A stretch of DNA of 63,909 nucleotides, the filler included, from Candidatus Fermentibacterota bacterium (GTDB lineage Bacteria > JAFGKV01): the NCBI GenBank assembly GCA_016928395.1. It is 6 parts of 6 records of this genome, joined end to end, with 100 filler letters (N's around TTAATTAATTAA, not from the genome) between each part and the next. Parts side by side here need not be neighbours in the genome. Positions count along the whole stretch, not along the records: positions 13,750 to 21,479 come from JAFGKV010000219.1; positions 21,580 to 32,559 come from JAFGKV010000032.1; 4 more parts are not named here. One strand, given 5' to 3'. The notes beneath the pieces were generated by a model. That model had not been told where the DNA came from, searched no databases, and worked only from the letters and a program-made list of their open reading frames with translations. The position numbers were made by a program, and so were the translations under genes. This document shows, one piece after another, positions 18,146 through 28,118 of this stretch. Every line of letters starts with the position of its first letter. Positions within the stretch are counted from its first letter, which is position 1.

Positions 18146-20842
18146 TCACTCCTCGATCTCCTTGACCACGTCGACCGTCGTGTCTTCATCACTGTGGGTG
18201 ACGGTGAAGCCACGCTTCTCGAACACGGCGATCATAGGCCGGTTGTCGGACGTGGTCTGGGCCACGATGCGCTTCAGTTTCCACTTCCGGGCCACCTCCA
18301 TGCAGAAGTCGGTGAGCATGCTTCCCACCTCTCGCTTCTGCCAGGCGTCAGCCACCAGAATGGCATACTCCACCGACTCGTGATCGGGATCGGCGATGAG
18401 CCGGCCGATCCCGATAATCGTGCGCGCACCATTTTCCTCGACCTCGGCGACAATGGCAATTTCGCGGTTGTAGTCTATATAGCAGAACCGGGTCGCCGCT
18501 TCATGGGAGTTCCAGTGGAAGAAGTGGCGGAACCGCGAGTAGATCGATTCCTTGGAACATCTCGCCAGCAGGTTGAGCCAGAGCGGTTCGTCCTCAGGCT
18601 TGATGGGCCGGAAGGTCACCGGCGTGCCGTCCTTGAGACGAACGGAGGTGACATACTTCTCGGGATACGGCCTCAAAACCAGATGTGAATAGGGCTCGAT
18701 ATCCTTGCCGAGTGAGTCGGGATCAAGCACGATCCTGGCATCCAGCGCCACCACCTCGCGGGGCGTTGCCAGGAGCGGGTTGATATCCAGTTCGGCGATC
18801 TCGGGGTAGTCGGCCGCCACGTACGAGAGCCTGATGAGCACCTCGATGAGCATGTCAAGGTTCACTGGCGGCCTGCCGCGGTAGCCCTGGAGCAGGGGCC
18901 AGATCCTCAGCGACTCCAGCATATGCCGGGCGAGACGTTCGTTCAGGGGGGGAAACCCCAGGCTCCGCTCACCCAGGACTTCTGCGGCAATGCCGCCCAT
19001 CCCGGCCATGAGCACGGTGCCGAACACCGGGTCCTTCTTGATGCCCAGGATCAGCTCGATGCCGTCCCGCACCTCTACCATCCGTTGCACGGTGACCCCG
19101 CGGACCGAGGCGCCGGGCACTCTTGCGTGAGCATTGTGCACGATGCGGTCGAACGCAGCACGAACCGATGAATCATCGCTCAGATCCAGGATCACCCCAC
19201 CCACGTCGGTCTTGTGGGTGATGTCGGGGGACAGGATCTTCAAGACCACAGGATAGCCGATTCGATGGGCGACTTCGACGGCCTCGTCGGCGGAGGCCGC
19301 CTCATGCGGCGTGGTGGCAGCGATCCCGTAGTCCTCCAGGAGATGCTTGGAGAGGGTCTCCGAGACGGTGAGACCTCCGGACGCCAGCTGGGGGAGAATC
19401 CGCTGGCGCAGGGCATCCCGGTCCAGCGAGAAGGCCACCGGAATGTCCTTCGGCGTCTCGTACAGGGTTGCCAGGTTGCGGGCGTACGAGACCAAGGTCA
19501 TGAAGGCGCGGACTGCTTGTTCCGGGGTGCGGTAGGCCGGCACGCCGGCTTCCGTGAGGATGCCGATGCCTTCACGCATGGTCGCGCCTCCCAACCAGGC
19601 CGCCAGGATCGGTTTCGGGGTGCCCGACGCCAGCTTGCCGACTGCTCTGGCGGTCGCGCTCGGATTGGTCATGGCCTGCGGCGTGAGAATCACCAGAACC
19701 GCGTCCACGCCGGCATCGGCCAGCACGATCTCCACCGCCTTCTGGATTCGCTTCGGCCCCGCATCGCCCAGCACATCCACCGGGTTGCGGTGAGACCATG
19801 CCGGGGGGAGGCTGGCGTTCAGCTGGTCCAGAGTCGTGTCTGAGAGCACCGCCAGGGTTCCCTGCTCGGCGATGAGGGTATCACTGGCCATGACTCCAGG
19901 GCCTCCGGCATTGGTCACCATGGCCAGGCGGGGCCCCAGGGGGATCTTGTTGCGGCCGATCATCGCCGCGCAGTCGAAGATGTCGCCGATGTCGAACACC
20001 CGGGTTATGCCGATGCGCCCGAAGGCGGCGTCGTACACCGCATCCTCCGAGGCCAAGGCTCCGGTGTGCGACGCAGCCACCTTGGCGGATTCGGGGAATC
20101 GGCCGGCCTTGTAGGCCAAAATTGGTTTCGTTCGGGCAAAGGCCCGGGCCGCGGTCATGAATCGCCGGGCATTGCTGATCGATTCTATGTAGCAGATGAT
20201 GGAACTGGTGGTACGCTCGGCGCCGAAGTAGTCGATCAGGTCACCGAAATTGACGTCAACGGTGTTGCCGATGGACACGAAGTGAGAGAAGCCGATTTTG
20301 CCCTCGATGGCCCAATCGAGCACCGAGGTGCACAGCGCTCCAGACTGGGAGATGAAGGCGACATTGCCCGGTTTGGGCATGCCCCCGGCGAAGCTTAGGT
20401 TCAGGTTCCTGCCGGGCACAATGATGCCCAGGCAGTTGGGGCCGATGATGCGCATACCGAAGCGGGCGCGCTCCTGAGCGATCTGCTCCTCCAGCCTGCG
20501 GCCTTGTTCTCCGGTCTCCTTGAATCCGGCCGACATGATGATCAGGCCGCCGATTCCCGCTTCGCCGCACTGCCGGACCACAGCAGGCACCCGTTCCGCC
20601 GGCGTGCAGATGACCGCCACGTCGGGGGTTCGGGGCAGCGCCCCGAGATGCGGGTAGCACGGCACGCCCATGACCGCCTCGCTCTCCTCGTTGACCGGGT
20701 AGACAACCCCTCGGAACCCGCCGCCCACGAGGTTGGCGAGCACCTTGCCGCCCACGCTGTTGGGGTTGATGGTGACGCCGATGAGGGCGATCCGGGTCGG
20801 GTTGAACAGGCTGTCCAGCTTGTGGACGTTCATGGATTCCAT
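18146..20842 (-). CDS. pat: Bifunctional acetate-CoA ligase family/GNAT protein lysine acetyltransferase (Pat/YfiQ type)
   Basis: IIGPNCLG, SQSGA, SHTGALA, HKTDVGGV and ELDINPL motifs; C-terminal GNAT domain. Confidence 0.9.
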   Translation of the reverse strand: MESMNVHKLDSLFNPTRIALIGVTINPNSVGGKVLANLVGGGFRGVVYPVNEESEAVMGVPCYPHLGALPRTPDVAVICTPAERVPAVVRQCGEAGIGGLIIMSAGFKETGEQGRRLEEQIAQERARFGMRIIGPNCLGIIVPGRNLNLSFAGGMPKPGNVAFISQSGALCTSVLDWAIEGKIGFSHFVSIGNTVDVNFGDLIDYFGAERTTSSIICYIESISNARRFMTAARAFARTKPILAYKAGRFPESAKVAASHTGALASEDAVYDAAFGRIGITRVFDIGDIFDCAAMIGRNKIPLGPRLAMVTNAGGPGVMASDTLIAEQGTLAVLSDTTLDQLNASLPPAWSHRNPVDVLGDAGPKRIQKAVEIVLADAGVDAVLVILTPQAMTNPSATARAVGKLASGTPKPILAAWLGGATMREGIGILTEAGVPAYRTPEQAVRAFMTLVSYARNLATLYETPKDIPVAFSLDRDALRQRILPQLASGGLTVSETLSKHLLEDYGIAATTPHEAASADEAVEVAHRIGYPVVLKILSPDITHKTDVGGVILDLSDDSSVRAAFDRIVHNAHARVPGASVRGVTVQRMVEVRDGIELILGIKKDPVFGTVLMAGMGGIAAEVLGERSLGFPPLNERLARHMLESLRIWPLLQGYRGRPPVNLDMLIEVLIRLSYVAADYPEIAELDINPLLATPREVVALDARIVLDPDSLGKDIEPYSHLVLRPYPEKYVTSVRLKDGTPVTFRPIKPEDEPLWLNLLARCSKESIYSRFRHFFHWNSHEAATRFCYIDYNREIAIVAEVEENGARTIIGIGRLIADPDHESVEYAILVADAWQKREVGSMLTDFCMEVARKWKLKRIVAQTTSDNRPMIAVFEKRGFTVTHSDEDTTVDVVKEIEE

Positions 20843-21295
20843 GGCGGCTCCGATACTCAGGGGTCGATGGTGCGGCATAAGGGGACGGACGGGTCCCAGT
20901 GTGTTCAGTATCGGAAGGGAATTAGCCGTCTTTCCATCGGTCCTGCAACCCGACGCCACGCTTTGCCCGGAAGTGTGTCTTCTGAGGCTTGCGTTGACAC
21001 TCCCATGGTCGGTCTCGAGAGGCTCACCTGATACTACAAGGAGGTGATGGCAGGTCTTTCCCTCGACCTCTGAGACGTACATAGCCTTGTGTGGGCTTCT
21101 CCTGTGGAGAGCCCCTGCACGGCTGGCAGATCCACGCGACGGTGGCAGGGCGGGCTATGCGGTTTTGGACGGAAATGCCTCAGGCTCCTATCTACCGGAA
21201 GCTTCGTTCCCTGCGGACACGGGTTTGGCGGAGAGCGGGCGGCCACAACGCAGAGGCGGGGCGAGGGCTCGGCCTCGTGTGTCGTGGGCCACGCC

Positions 21296-21479
21296 TTACT
21301 GCTGCGCGAAGTCGAACTCGCCGGCGCGGTTGGAGGAGCACAGCTCAGTGCCCGAGCCGTCCACCGCCATCACCAGATAGACCCAGTTGTAGTCCGGATC
21401 GCCCATGCCCGCGGCGCTGCTCCAGCTCGTCGTCCCCGAGGGAAGCACCGCCACCCGGTGCGCATACCCAGGCCCCATC
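21296..21479 (-). CDS. C-terminal fragment of a probable secreted protein (cut by contig end)
   Basis: Open to the gap; ends YLVMAVDGSGTELCSSNRAGEFDFAQQ*. Confidence 0.55.
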
Positions 21480-21579
21480 NNNNNNNNNNNNNNNNNNNNN
21501 NNNNNNNNNNNNNNNNNNNNNNNTTAATTAATTAANNNNNNNNNNNNNNNNNNNNNNNNNNNNNNNNNNNNNNNNNNNN
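21480..21579. other. Artificial contig spacer
   Basis: N run with TTAATTAATTAA. Confidence 0.99.
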
Positions 21580-21787
21580 CTCCCGACGCTCCTCGATGGC
21601 TTGCAGTGCAAGCTGCAGCGCCATTTTCATCCTCTCAGGGTGTCGCCCCCGCGACATGACGACTAACATTAGAATAGCTCGGCATGTCTCGGCCCTGCGA
21701 ATGGTCCTTCAGGCCTTTCTTGAGGTCCGGGGGTGCCCGGGGGGGAGGCAGCCGCGGACTATGGCGGGCGTTTCGCGCTACCGGTTC

Positions 21788-22051
21788 TCACAGCCCCAGC
21801 GGGGGCAGTTCGATGGCCTCGTCGATGAGCATGATGGGAATATCCTCGCGAATGGGGTAGAGGAACCGCCTATCTTCGCGGATAAGGCCGCCATCCACCG
21901 GTTCGGCCACGGGTTCGCCGCCGCGGTTCTTCACTGCCCCCGCCCTGATCATCTCATTGAGCGTGGTGACGAGGTCATGGGGCGCCAGCTCCACCGGTTC
22001 CTTTGTCTCGGGGCAGGCAAGGATGCTCACAAGCTCAGGATCGACGTTCAT
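21788..22051 (-). CDS. Trm112/YcaR family protein (own RBS, in frame with upstream gene)
   Basis: MNVDPELVSILACPETK...YPIREDIPIMLIDEA; GGAGAGGAG 6 nt before the ATG. Confidence 0.85.
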   Translation of the reverse strand: MNVDPELVSILACPETKEPVELAPHDLVTTLNEMIRAGAVKNRGGEPVAEPVDGGLIREDRRFLYPIREDIPIMLIDEAIELPPLGL

Positions 22052-22708
22052 GACATGCTCCTCTCCAAGGGGTCCAGACAGGCTGAGAAGGGAATGCCGC
22101 CGCATCGTTCCCTCGCGGCGGTGGGAGGGAAGTTTCATGGGATGACAACAGGTGCAGCGACTGTCTACCAGGGGCGCACACGCCACGCCGAGTCGCCGCA
22201 GCCGGGCGGTGATCTCTCGGGCCAGATCGACCACGAGGTGGTCGCCGTCCCTGACGGCGCCCACCGGAATTTGATCGGCAACTACGGACGCCGCGGGAGA
22301 GCCCCAAGGGAATCGGTAACAGCAGCCTCCGATATGGGGCCCCACCGCAGCCCGGAGTGTCTCCGTCGTAGCCCCGGCTTCCATGAGAGTCGCTACTGCC
22401 GTCTCGACTATCCCCGCTCCGATGCCGGCCCGGCCGGCGTGAATGAGAGCCCGGACCTCCGTGCTCTGGTCGATGAGAGCCATGGGGACGCAGTCGGCGG
22501 TGCGCACAAGTGCCCAGCATCTCCGTGTCACCACTCCATCCACGCCAGAGTACCAGCCAGCGCGCGAGGCGTGCGCGATGAAGGCGGTATGCAACTGCTC
22601 GGGCGCGGCACCTGAGCCGGGCGTGATGGGGAGCGCATCGAACCAGTCTCGATACGGCGCGCTCTCGCCTGCCGAGGACACTATGACATGGGCGAGGCGG
22701 TGCGGCAC
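21788..22708 (-). CDS. YfiH/PgeF (laccase-domain) protein reading through into the Trm112 domain
   Basis: EQLH, DGVVT, TADCVP, IHAGR, GPHIGGCCY, CTCC and SHRR motifs; no stop before Trm112. Confidence 0.75.
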   Translation of the reverse strand: MPHRLAHVIVSSAGESAPYRDWFDALPITPGSGAAPEQLHTAFIAHASRAGWYSGVDGVVTRRCWALVRTADCVPMALIDQSTEVRALIHAGRAGIGAGIVETAVATLMEAGATTETLRAAVGPHIGGCCYRFPWGSPAASVVADQIPVGAVRDGDHLVVDLAREITARLRRLGVACAPLVDSRCTCCHPMKLPSHRREGTMRRHSLLSLSGPLGEEHVMNVDPELVSILACPETKEPVELAPHDLVTTLNEMIRAGAVKNRGGEPVAEPVDGGLIREDRRFLYPIREDIPIMLIDEAIELPPLGL

Positions 22709-22710
22709 GT

Positions 22711-23550
22711 TTATGACATGGAGTCGAACACGTCCTCCACCACCTCAATCCATGACCGATCCGAGTATCCTTTGAGCGCCTCCACCCGATCCTCGAAGAC
22801 CGGGCGCTGGATCTCGAACAGGACCCCTGTGAAGAAACGTTCGGGATCGGTGGCCAGGGTCAAGGCTGCCGATAGATCAGCCCGATCATGATCCGCAGGA
22901 ATCGCGGCGATCCGCTCCTTGAATGACTTGAACGTGTCGACCCGGTTATAGGTCACGCAAGGGCTCAGGACGTCGATAAGAGCGAAGCCCTTGTGACGCA
23001 TGCCGCGGACAAAGAGGTCCTTCAGACCCTTCGGGTCTCCCGCAAAGCCCCGCGCGACATAGGTCGCACCGGAGCAGATGGCGATTTGCACTGGGTTGAT
23101 GGGTGGTTCGACGCTGCCGTAGGGCGTGCTCTTGGTCTTGAACTTCAGGTCGCTGGTCGGGCTCGTTTGCCCTTTCGTGAGTCCATAAATGTGGTTATCC
23201 ATAATGACGTAGGTGACATCCACATTGCGTCGGGCGCCATGGAGGAAGTGCCCCCCGCCAATGGCGAATCCGTCACCGTCACCGCCGAACACGACGACCT
23301 TGAGGTCAGGTCGGGCGATTCGCATGCCGATGGCGACCGGCACTGCGCGGCCATGGATGGAATGGAACCCATAGGTGGAGAGGAAGAACGGAAACCTGGA
23401 CGAGCAGCCGATGCCTGATACCGCGACCACATTCTCCGGTTCCCAACCCATCTCCGCCAGGGCTTGCGTGATGCCTGCCAGCACGCCGAAGTCGCCGCAT
23501 CCGGGGCACCAGGTCGGTTTGACCGCGCTCTTGTACATACTGGCGTTCAT
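22711..23550 (-). CDS. korB: 2-oxoacid:ferredoxin oxidoreductase beta subunit
   Basis: WCPGCGDF, SGIGCS, GGDGDG, YGLTKGQ and SPCVTYN motifs. Confidence 0.95.
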   Translation of the reverse strand: MNASMYKSAVKPTWCPGCGDFGVLAGITQALAEMGWEPENVVAVSGIGCSSRFPFFLSTYGFHSIHGRAVPVAIGMRIARPDLKVVVFGGDGDGFAIGGGHFLHGARRNVDVTYVIMDNHIYGLTKGQTSPTSDLKFKTKSTPYGSVEPPINPVQIAICSGATYVARGFAGDPKGLKDLFVRGMRHKGFALIDVLSPCVTYNRVDTFKSFKERIAAIPADHDRADLSAALTLATDPERFFTGVLFEIQRPVFEDRVEALKGYSDRSWIEVVEDVFDSMS

Positions 23551-25274
23551 CGCGCTGCCTCCTCCACTGCCGTGATTATTTCACCCGCGCCGATCGGTAC
23601 CCCAGTCACCGAGGTGAGTCTGACGACTCGGATGCCGGCACGCTGCCGGCCCTCGACCAGCGACGCGAGTTGCCCCTGGTAGTTGCCCTCGGCGATCACA
23701 ACAACGCGTCGGGCATTCATGAACGCGAGCACGTCTGCCTGGGGGAACGGCGCAAGCAATCGAAGTGCCATACCCGCGACCTTGATTCCCCGGTGCTCCA
23801 GCGCGGGCGTCGCCTCCATGGCAGAACCCGCCGTGGAGCCCCAAGTGAGGACCCCGACGTCTGCGGTCTGATCGCCAAACATCACTGCGCTCTCGACAAG
23901 ATCGGATACTCGCTCGAGCTTTCGGAATCGCTTGGCCGTCATGGCGATATGCGTGGGACCGTCATAACGGGGGCGCCCCTCCTCGTTCTGCTCCAATCCG
24001 CTCACCACGTGCTCGCCCCCTTTGGTGCCGGGGATGGCCGTGGGAGAGATGCCGCTTTCTGTGACCTCAAAACGGTGAAACGGCGTACGAATGCCATCCC
24101 ACAGAAGGCGCCCATGCCGGGTTACCTCTGCCAGTGCGGGGCGCGGGATTGTTTCGGTGCGCACCGCCATGCCCTGGTCGCTCAGTACGATAACCGGGAG
24201 CTGCAGGCTCTCCGCGACGTTGAAGGCGACGATGGTCTGTTCGAAGCAGTCGCGGACCGAAAGCGGGGCCAGAACGACCCGGGGCGCGTCTCCATGCCCG
24301 CCGAAGGAGGCGATGTAGAGGTCGCTCTGTTCGTGCTTGGTCGGCATGCCGGTGGATGGTCCTGATCGCTGGACGTCGATAATCACTACCGGCGCTTCGA
24401 TCATGGTGGCCAGGCCCAACGCCTCAGACATCAGCGACAGCCCGGGGCCACTGGTGGCGGTCATGGCCGGCACCCCGGCGAACGACGCCCCGATGGCCAT
24501 GACCAGGGAGGCGATCTCGTCTTCGGCCTGCACCATAGCGCCACCGACCTTGGGAAGGTGCAGGGCCATGAACTCCATGATTTCGGAGGCAGGGGTAATG
24601 GGGTAGCCGAAGAAGTGCTTCGCCCCGTATGCCATGGCGCCCAGCGCGATGGCCTCATTGCCGTTTGCGAGCATGAGGCGGTCGGTACATTCTGAAGGCG
24701 CTAGCTTGAGAGCCTCCTCACCCCCTAGGCGTTCCCGAACGTAGGATACCCCCAGGTCGAGACCGCTCAGGTTCTTCTGGATAACCACGTCGCCCTTCTT
24801 GGCGAATTTCGTCGTGATCATGGCGGAAAGCAATTCCGTGGGGAGGCCGAGAAGCTCTGCTATGGCCCCCACCGCAACGATGTTCTTGCCTAGCTCAAAC
24901 TCCAGCTCGTCGCGCGCCAGTGCCTGGAAGGGAATGCCGATCATCCGAAGGTCAGTTCTGTCTGCGGGAGGTGTATAGGCCGAGGAATCATAGACCAGAG
25001 TTGCTCCCGGAAGCAGATCATTGCCGTGACGCTGCCACGAATCCAGGTTCATGGCGACCAGCAGGTCAAGACCGTCACCCTGAGTAAGGACAGAGACGCA
25101 GGAGATCCTGAGTTGGAAGACTGCGTGACCTCCCCTGACCTCCGCGGGGAAGGTCTTGAATGTCATTAAGTTGAAGCATGCCCGTGATGCGGCACGAGTC
25201 AGGAGTTCCCCCGTCGAGATAACTCCCTCACCCGCTTCGCCGGCGATCCGGACGACCATCTCTCTGCATGCCAT
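23547..25274 (-). CDS. korA: 2-oxoacid:acceptor oxidoreductase alpha subunit (gamma-alpha fused)
   Basis: GEAGEGV, EVRGG, GYPITPASE, TSGPG and QRSGPSTGMPT motifs. Confidence 0.95.
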   Translation of the reverse strand: MACREMVVRIAGEAGEGVISTGELLTRAASRACFNLMTFKTFPAEVRGGHAVFQLRISCVSVLTQGDGLDLLVAMNLDSWQRHGNDLLPGATLVYDSSAYTPPADRTDLRMIGIPFQALARDELEFELGKNIVAVGAIAELLGLPTELLSAMITTKFAKKGDVVIQKNLSGLDLGVSYVRERLGGEEALKLAPSECTDRLMLANGNEAIALGAMAYGAKHFFGYPITPASEIMEFMALHLPKVGGAMVQAEDEIASLVMAIGASFAGVPAMTATSGPGLSLMSEALGLATMIEAPVVIIDVQRSGPSTGMPTKHEQSDLYIASFGGHGDAPRVVLAPLSVRDCFEQTIVAFNVAESLQLPVIVLSDQGMAVRTETIPRPALAEVTRHGRLLWDGIRTPFHRFEVTESGISPTAIPGTKGGEHVVSGLEQNEEGRPRYDGPTHIAMTAKRFRKLERVSDLVESAVMFGDQTADVGVLTWGSTAGSAMEATPALEHRGIKVAGMALRLLAPFPQADVLAFMNARRVVVIAEGNYQGQLASLVEGRQRAGIRVVRLTSVTGVPIGAGEIITAVEEAAR

Positions 25275-25595
25275 GAGGCTCTCCTCACACGACGAATCGT
25301 GCGGCTGTGTGACCAACCCTCCTCCAGAACACCGTGCCCGAGCAAGGGAGTCGACCTATCTCTGTTGAGAATCGGCATCGGTCCGGCATTGAAGGGATCA
25401 TTGCCCCGCGACGCCGACCGATCTGGGAAGCGCTTTGCGCGAGAATGCGCGCAACAAACCCCCTCACGACTCCCCGGTCAACAGCAGCCGCCACCGCACA
25501 GGGCGAGGCCTCTCTGCGTCCATAGTTGCATCTGCGGACGGGACCCTTTGATTCATTCAGATACTGAACGTCTTGTGAGTATGGTGTGAGGTTCC

Positions 25596-26762
25596 ATGAA
25601 TCTATCTGATAGTGCGGCCGACATCGTGCGAAACCTGGTCAGCCCCGCCCATCTGGCCCTGGCCGAGGCAGTGAAGCAGAAGACGGGGCAATCGCTTCTC
25701 CTCGTGATGCTCGACCTTGAGCTGGTGGATGACGAAACGCTGGCCGAGGAGCTCAGTCGGGCGCTGCGTCTAGAACGGTTCATCTCGGACGCGGCCGAAT
25801 GGGACACGGCGGCACAGTTCGCCATGGATCGGGATTTCGCCCATGATCACAACTGCTTTCCCGTCTCGTTCGAGGCCGGCCGCCTGGTCGTGGCTATGGT
25901 TGATCCGCTGGATACGGCGACCATCGACGAGGTGGAGACGGTCGCAGGATACCCTGTCCGGGCAGTAGTTGCGACACGGCGTGAACTCGACCGCGCCTTT
26001 TCTCACTGGCCCGCTCATCCCGAGGAGAGGGGCCCCTCTGACGACACGGTGACCATCGGAGATTCTCCTCTGGCCATACCGACCGTGGTTTTCGTCGGGT
26101 TCCCCGATGGCGTCGGTACGACGTTTATCATCTGGAATCTGGCCTATCTCATTGCGAAGAAACGCAAGGTCCTGCTCGTGTCCATCGGCCGGCCGTCGGG
26201 AGATGCGGAGGATCTGGAACCTCTGCCGGCTTTCGGAGCCTATCTGACCGTAGTGAATGACGCAGCCTTGGTGCCCGATCGACTGCTGGATCTTGCCGAG
26301 CGGGCCGAGGCAGGTGGGCCCCCGCGCTTCGATATCGCGCTGGCGGAGATTGACCGGCCGACCTTCGTGGTAGACGCTGAGCAGGTCGCGCAATGGGCGC
26401 AAATCGTAATCTTGATCACCGACACTGAACACGCCGGGGAGAGTTGGGAGCTAATCCGCAGTATGTTCGCCGGGGGCGTACACCGCCCTGATGTCTCAGT
26501 TGGGTTGCTGATAAACAAGAGCCTCTCGCCCGAGCACGGGGAGGTCGGGCAGGCCACGGCCGAGGCGGCGGCCCGCGCCAGTGATTTGGACGGTTCAGTG
26601 CGCGTGTGGGTGGCCGGAATCTTGCCCTTTGCCCCGGAGGCTGTGCACAGAGCCGAGGAGGAACGGAGGCTGGTGGTGGAGGCTTTGCCCCGCGATCCCT
26701 TTACGCGGGAGCTGAAAGATGTCGCCCGCAGACTGATCGAGGAAGCCGCAAAGGCAGGTTGA
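25596..26762 (+). CDS. T2SSE_N/MshEN-like domain fused to degenerate MinD/CpaE-like domain
   Basis: LVVAMVDPLD...GYPVRAVVA; deviant P-loop GFPDGVGTT; LLINK; C-terminal GILP...ELKDVARRL. Confidence 0.6.
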   Translation: MNLSDSAADIVRNLVSPAHLALAEAVKQKTGQSLLLVMLDLELVDDETLAEELSRALRLERFISDAAEWDTAAQFAMDRDFAHDHNCFPVSFEAGRLVVAMVDPLDTATIDEVETVAGYPVRAVVATRRELDRAFSHWPAHPEERGPSDDTVTIGDSPLAIPTVVFVGFPDGVGTTFIIWNLAYLIAKKRKVLLVSIGRPSGDAEDLEPLPAFGAYLTVVNDAALVPDRLLDLAERAEAGGPPRFDIALAEIDRPTFVVDAEQVAQWAQIVILITDTEHAGESWELIRSMFAGGVHRPDVSVGLLINKSLSPEHGEVGQATAEAAARASDLDGSVRVWVAGILPFAPEAVHRAEEERRLVVEALPRDPFTRELKDVARRLIEEAAKAG

Positions 26763-27338
26763 TCAGTCGACCATGTCGAGGGCGTGTTCGGCCAGTTCGA
26801 TGATGGTGTGGAGCAGGAACAGGTGCCACTCCTGAATGCGCGCGGTGGACGTTCCCGGCACGAGAAGCTCAATCTCCGCCACGCCCGTGGTGAAGCCACC
26901 GTCTCGACCAAGCACTGCAATGGTGTGGATGCCCATGTCGGTGGCTGCTGCCAAAGCCCTTCGTATGTTCTCGGAACCTCCGCTGGTGGAGAGTGCCACC
27001 AAGACATCCCCCGGTTGTCCAAGCGCACGAACCCCGCGCTCAAAGACCGTGGGAAACGCGTAGTCATTGGCCGCGGCGGTAATGCTCGGGGCCGAAGATC
27101 CCAATGCCACGGCGGGCAGCGGTCCTCGCTCGCGTTCCATCCGTACCACCAGCTCAGCCTCGACATGCATCGCTTGCGACGCGCTGCCCCCGTTTCCACA
27201 GAGCATCACTTTGTGCCCGGTTCGGAGGGCTTCCGCCACCATGTCTGCAGCGCGTACTGCCTCCTCCTCCAGTTTCAGTACCGCCTCGCCCATCTCGGCG
27301 TGGTCGTGCCAGCGCGTGCTGAACGTGCTATGGTTCAT
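26763..27338 (-). CDS. gmhA: D-sedoheptulose 7-phosphate isomerase (SIS domain)
   Basis: CGNGGSA, AAND, LSTSGGSEN and TARIQEWH motifs. Confidence 0.9.
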   Translation of the reverse strand: MNHSTFSTRWHDHAEMGEAVLKLEEEAVRAADMVAEALRTGHKVMLCGNGGSASQAMHVEAELVVRMERERGPLPAVALGSSAPSITAAANDYAFPTVFERGVRALGQPGDVLVALSTSGGSENIRRALAAATDMGIHTIAVLGRDGGFTTGVAEIELLVPGTSTARIQEWHLFLLHTIIELAEHALDMVD

Positions 27339-27359
27339 GTTGAGCTCACCTCCGACAAG

Positions 27360-28118
27360 TCATGGTGCAGGAATGCGATCGCTGGAGCCAGTTATGGGTT
27401 CCGCCGCTGGGTTCGTCAAGCGTGCGCCCATGAGCAGGATCGCCCGGTGCAGCAGGCGAAGCTCACTCTCGGTGGGACGTGCCCGGAGCCAGAGGCGATA
27501 GAGATCCCTGGCCAGTCTTCGCCCACCAGGGCCCCGCGGCGCCAGAACGGCGTCCAGGCGGTCTCTCAGCACCCGAAGCGCCACGCCCGTCGCGGCTGCA
27601 GGGCGAGGCGAGGATGGTGTGCCCTTGGCCATGGTCAGTTCATAGGCGTAGATGGCGACGGCGTGGGAGAGATTGTACGAGGGATGACTGACGCGCTGAG
27701 GAATCGCCGATCGCGCGTGGCACAACTCCAGATGCGTGCGGTGAAGCCCGGTACGTTCGGGGCCGAATACCAAAGCTGCAGTGCCGGATTCAGCCTCGCG
27801 CCGCACTTCCTGAGCAGTACGCTGGGGGTCCATCTGGGGCCATCCGCGGCCCCGGATGCGCCGGGTGCAGCCTACCGCATACGTGACCTCGGCCAGAGAT
27901 TCCGCAAGGGTCCCAAACCGTCGGGCGCCGCGCAGGATATCTTCCGCTCCCCACGCGAGCCACGGTTCATCCACGGCATGGGTGCATTCCGGGGTGACCA
28001 GCCTGAGATCCGCCAACCCGTTGACGACCATCACCCGGGCGACGGCCGCCACATTACCGCCATGGGAAGGCTCCACCAACACCACCGCCACACGACTCTG
28101 CCATGAACTCCGATCCAT
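27360..28118 (-). CDS. trmJ: TrmJ/LasT-type SPOUT RNA methyltransferase
   Basis: VLVEPSHGGNV, VFGPERTGL and SYNLSHAV motifs. Confidence 0.8.
   Translation of the reverse strand: MDRSSWQSRVAVVLVEPSHGGNVAAVARVMVVNGLADLRLVTPECTHAVDEPWLAWGAEDILRGARRFGTLAESLAEVTYAVGCTRRIRGRGWPQMDPQRTAQEVRREAESGTAALVFGPERTGLHRTHLELCHARSAIPQRVSHPSYNLSHAVAIYAYELTMAKGTPSSPRPAAATGVALRVLRDRLDAVLAPRGPGGRRLARDLYRLWLRARPTESELRLLHRAILLMGARLTNPAAEPITGSSDRIPAP

Noticed and set aside
21038-21114. AAGGAGGTG + 8-codon ORF and hairpin upstream of pat
   Set aside because: RBS-ATG spacing is too short, there is no U-tract, and no recognisable riboswitch or sRNA.
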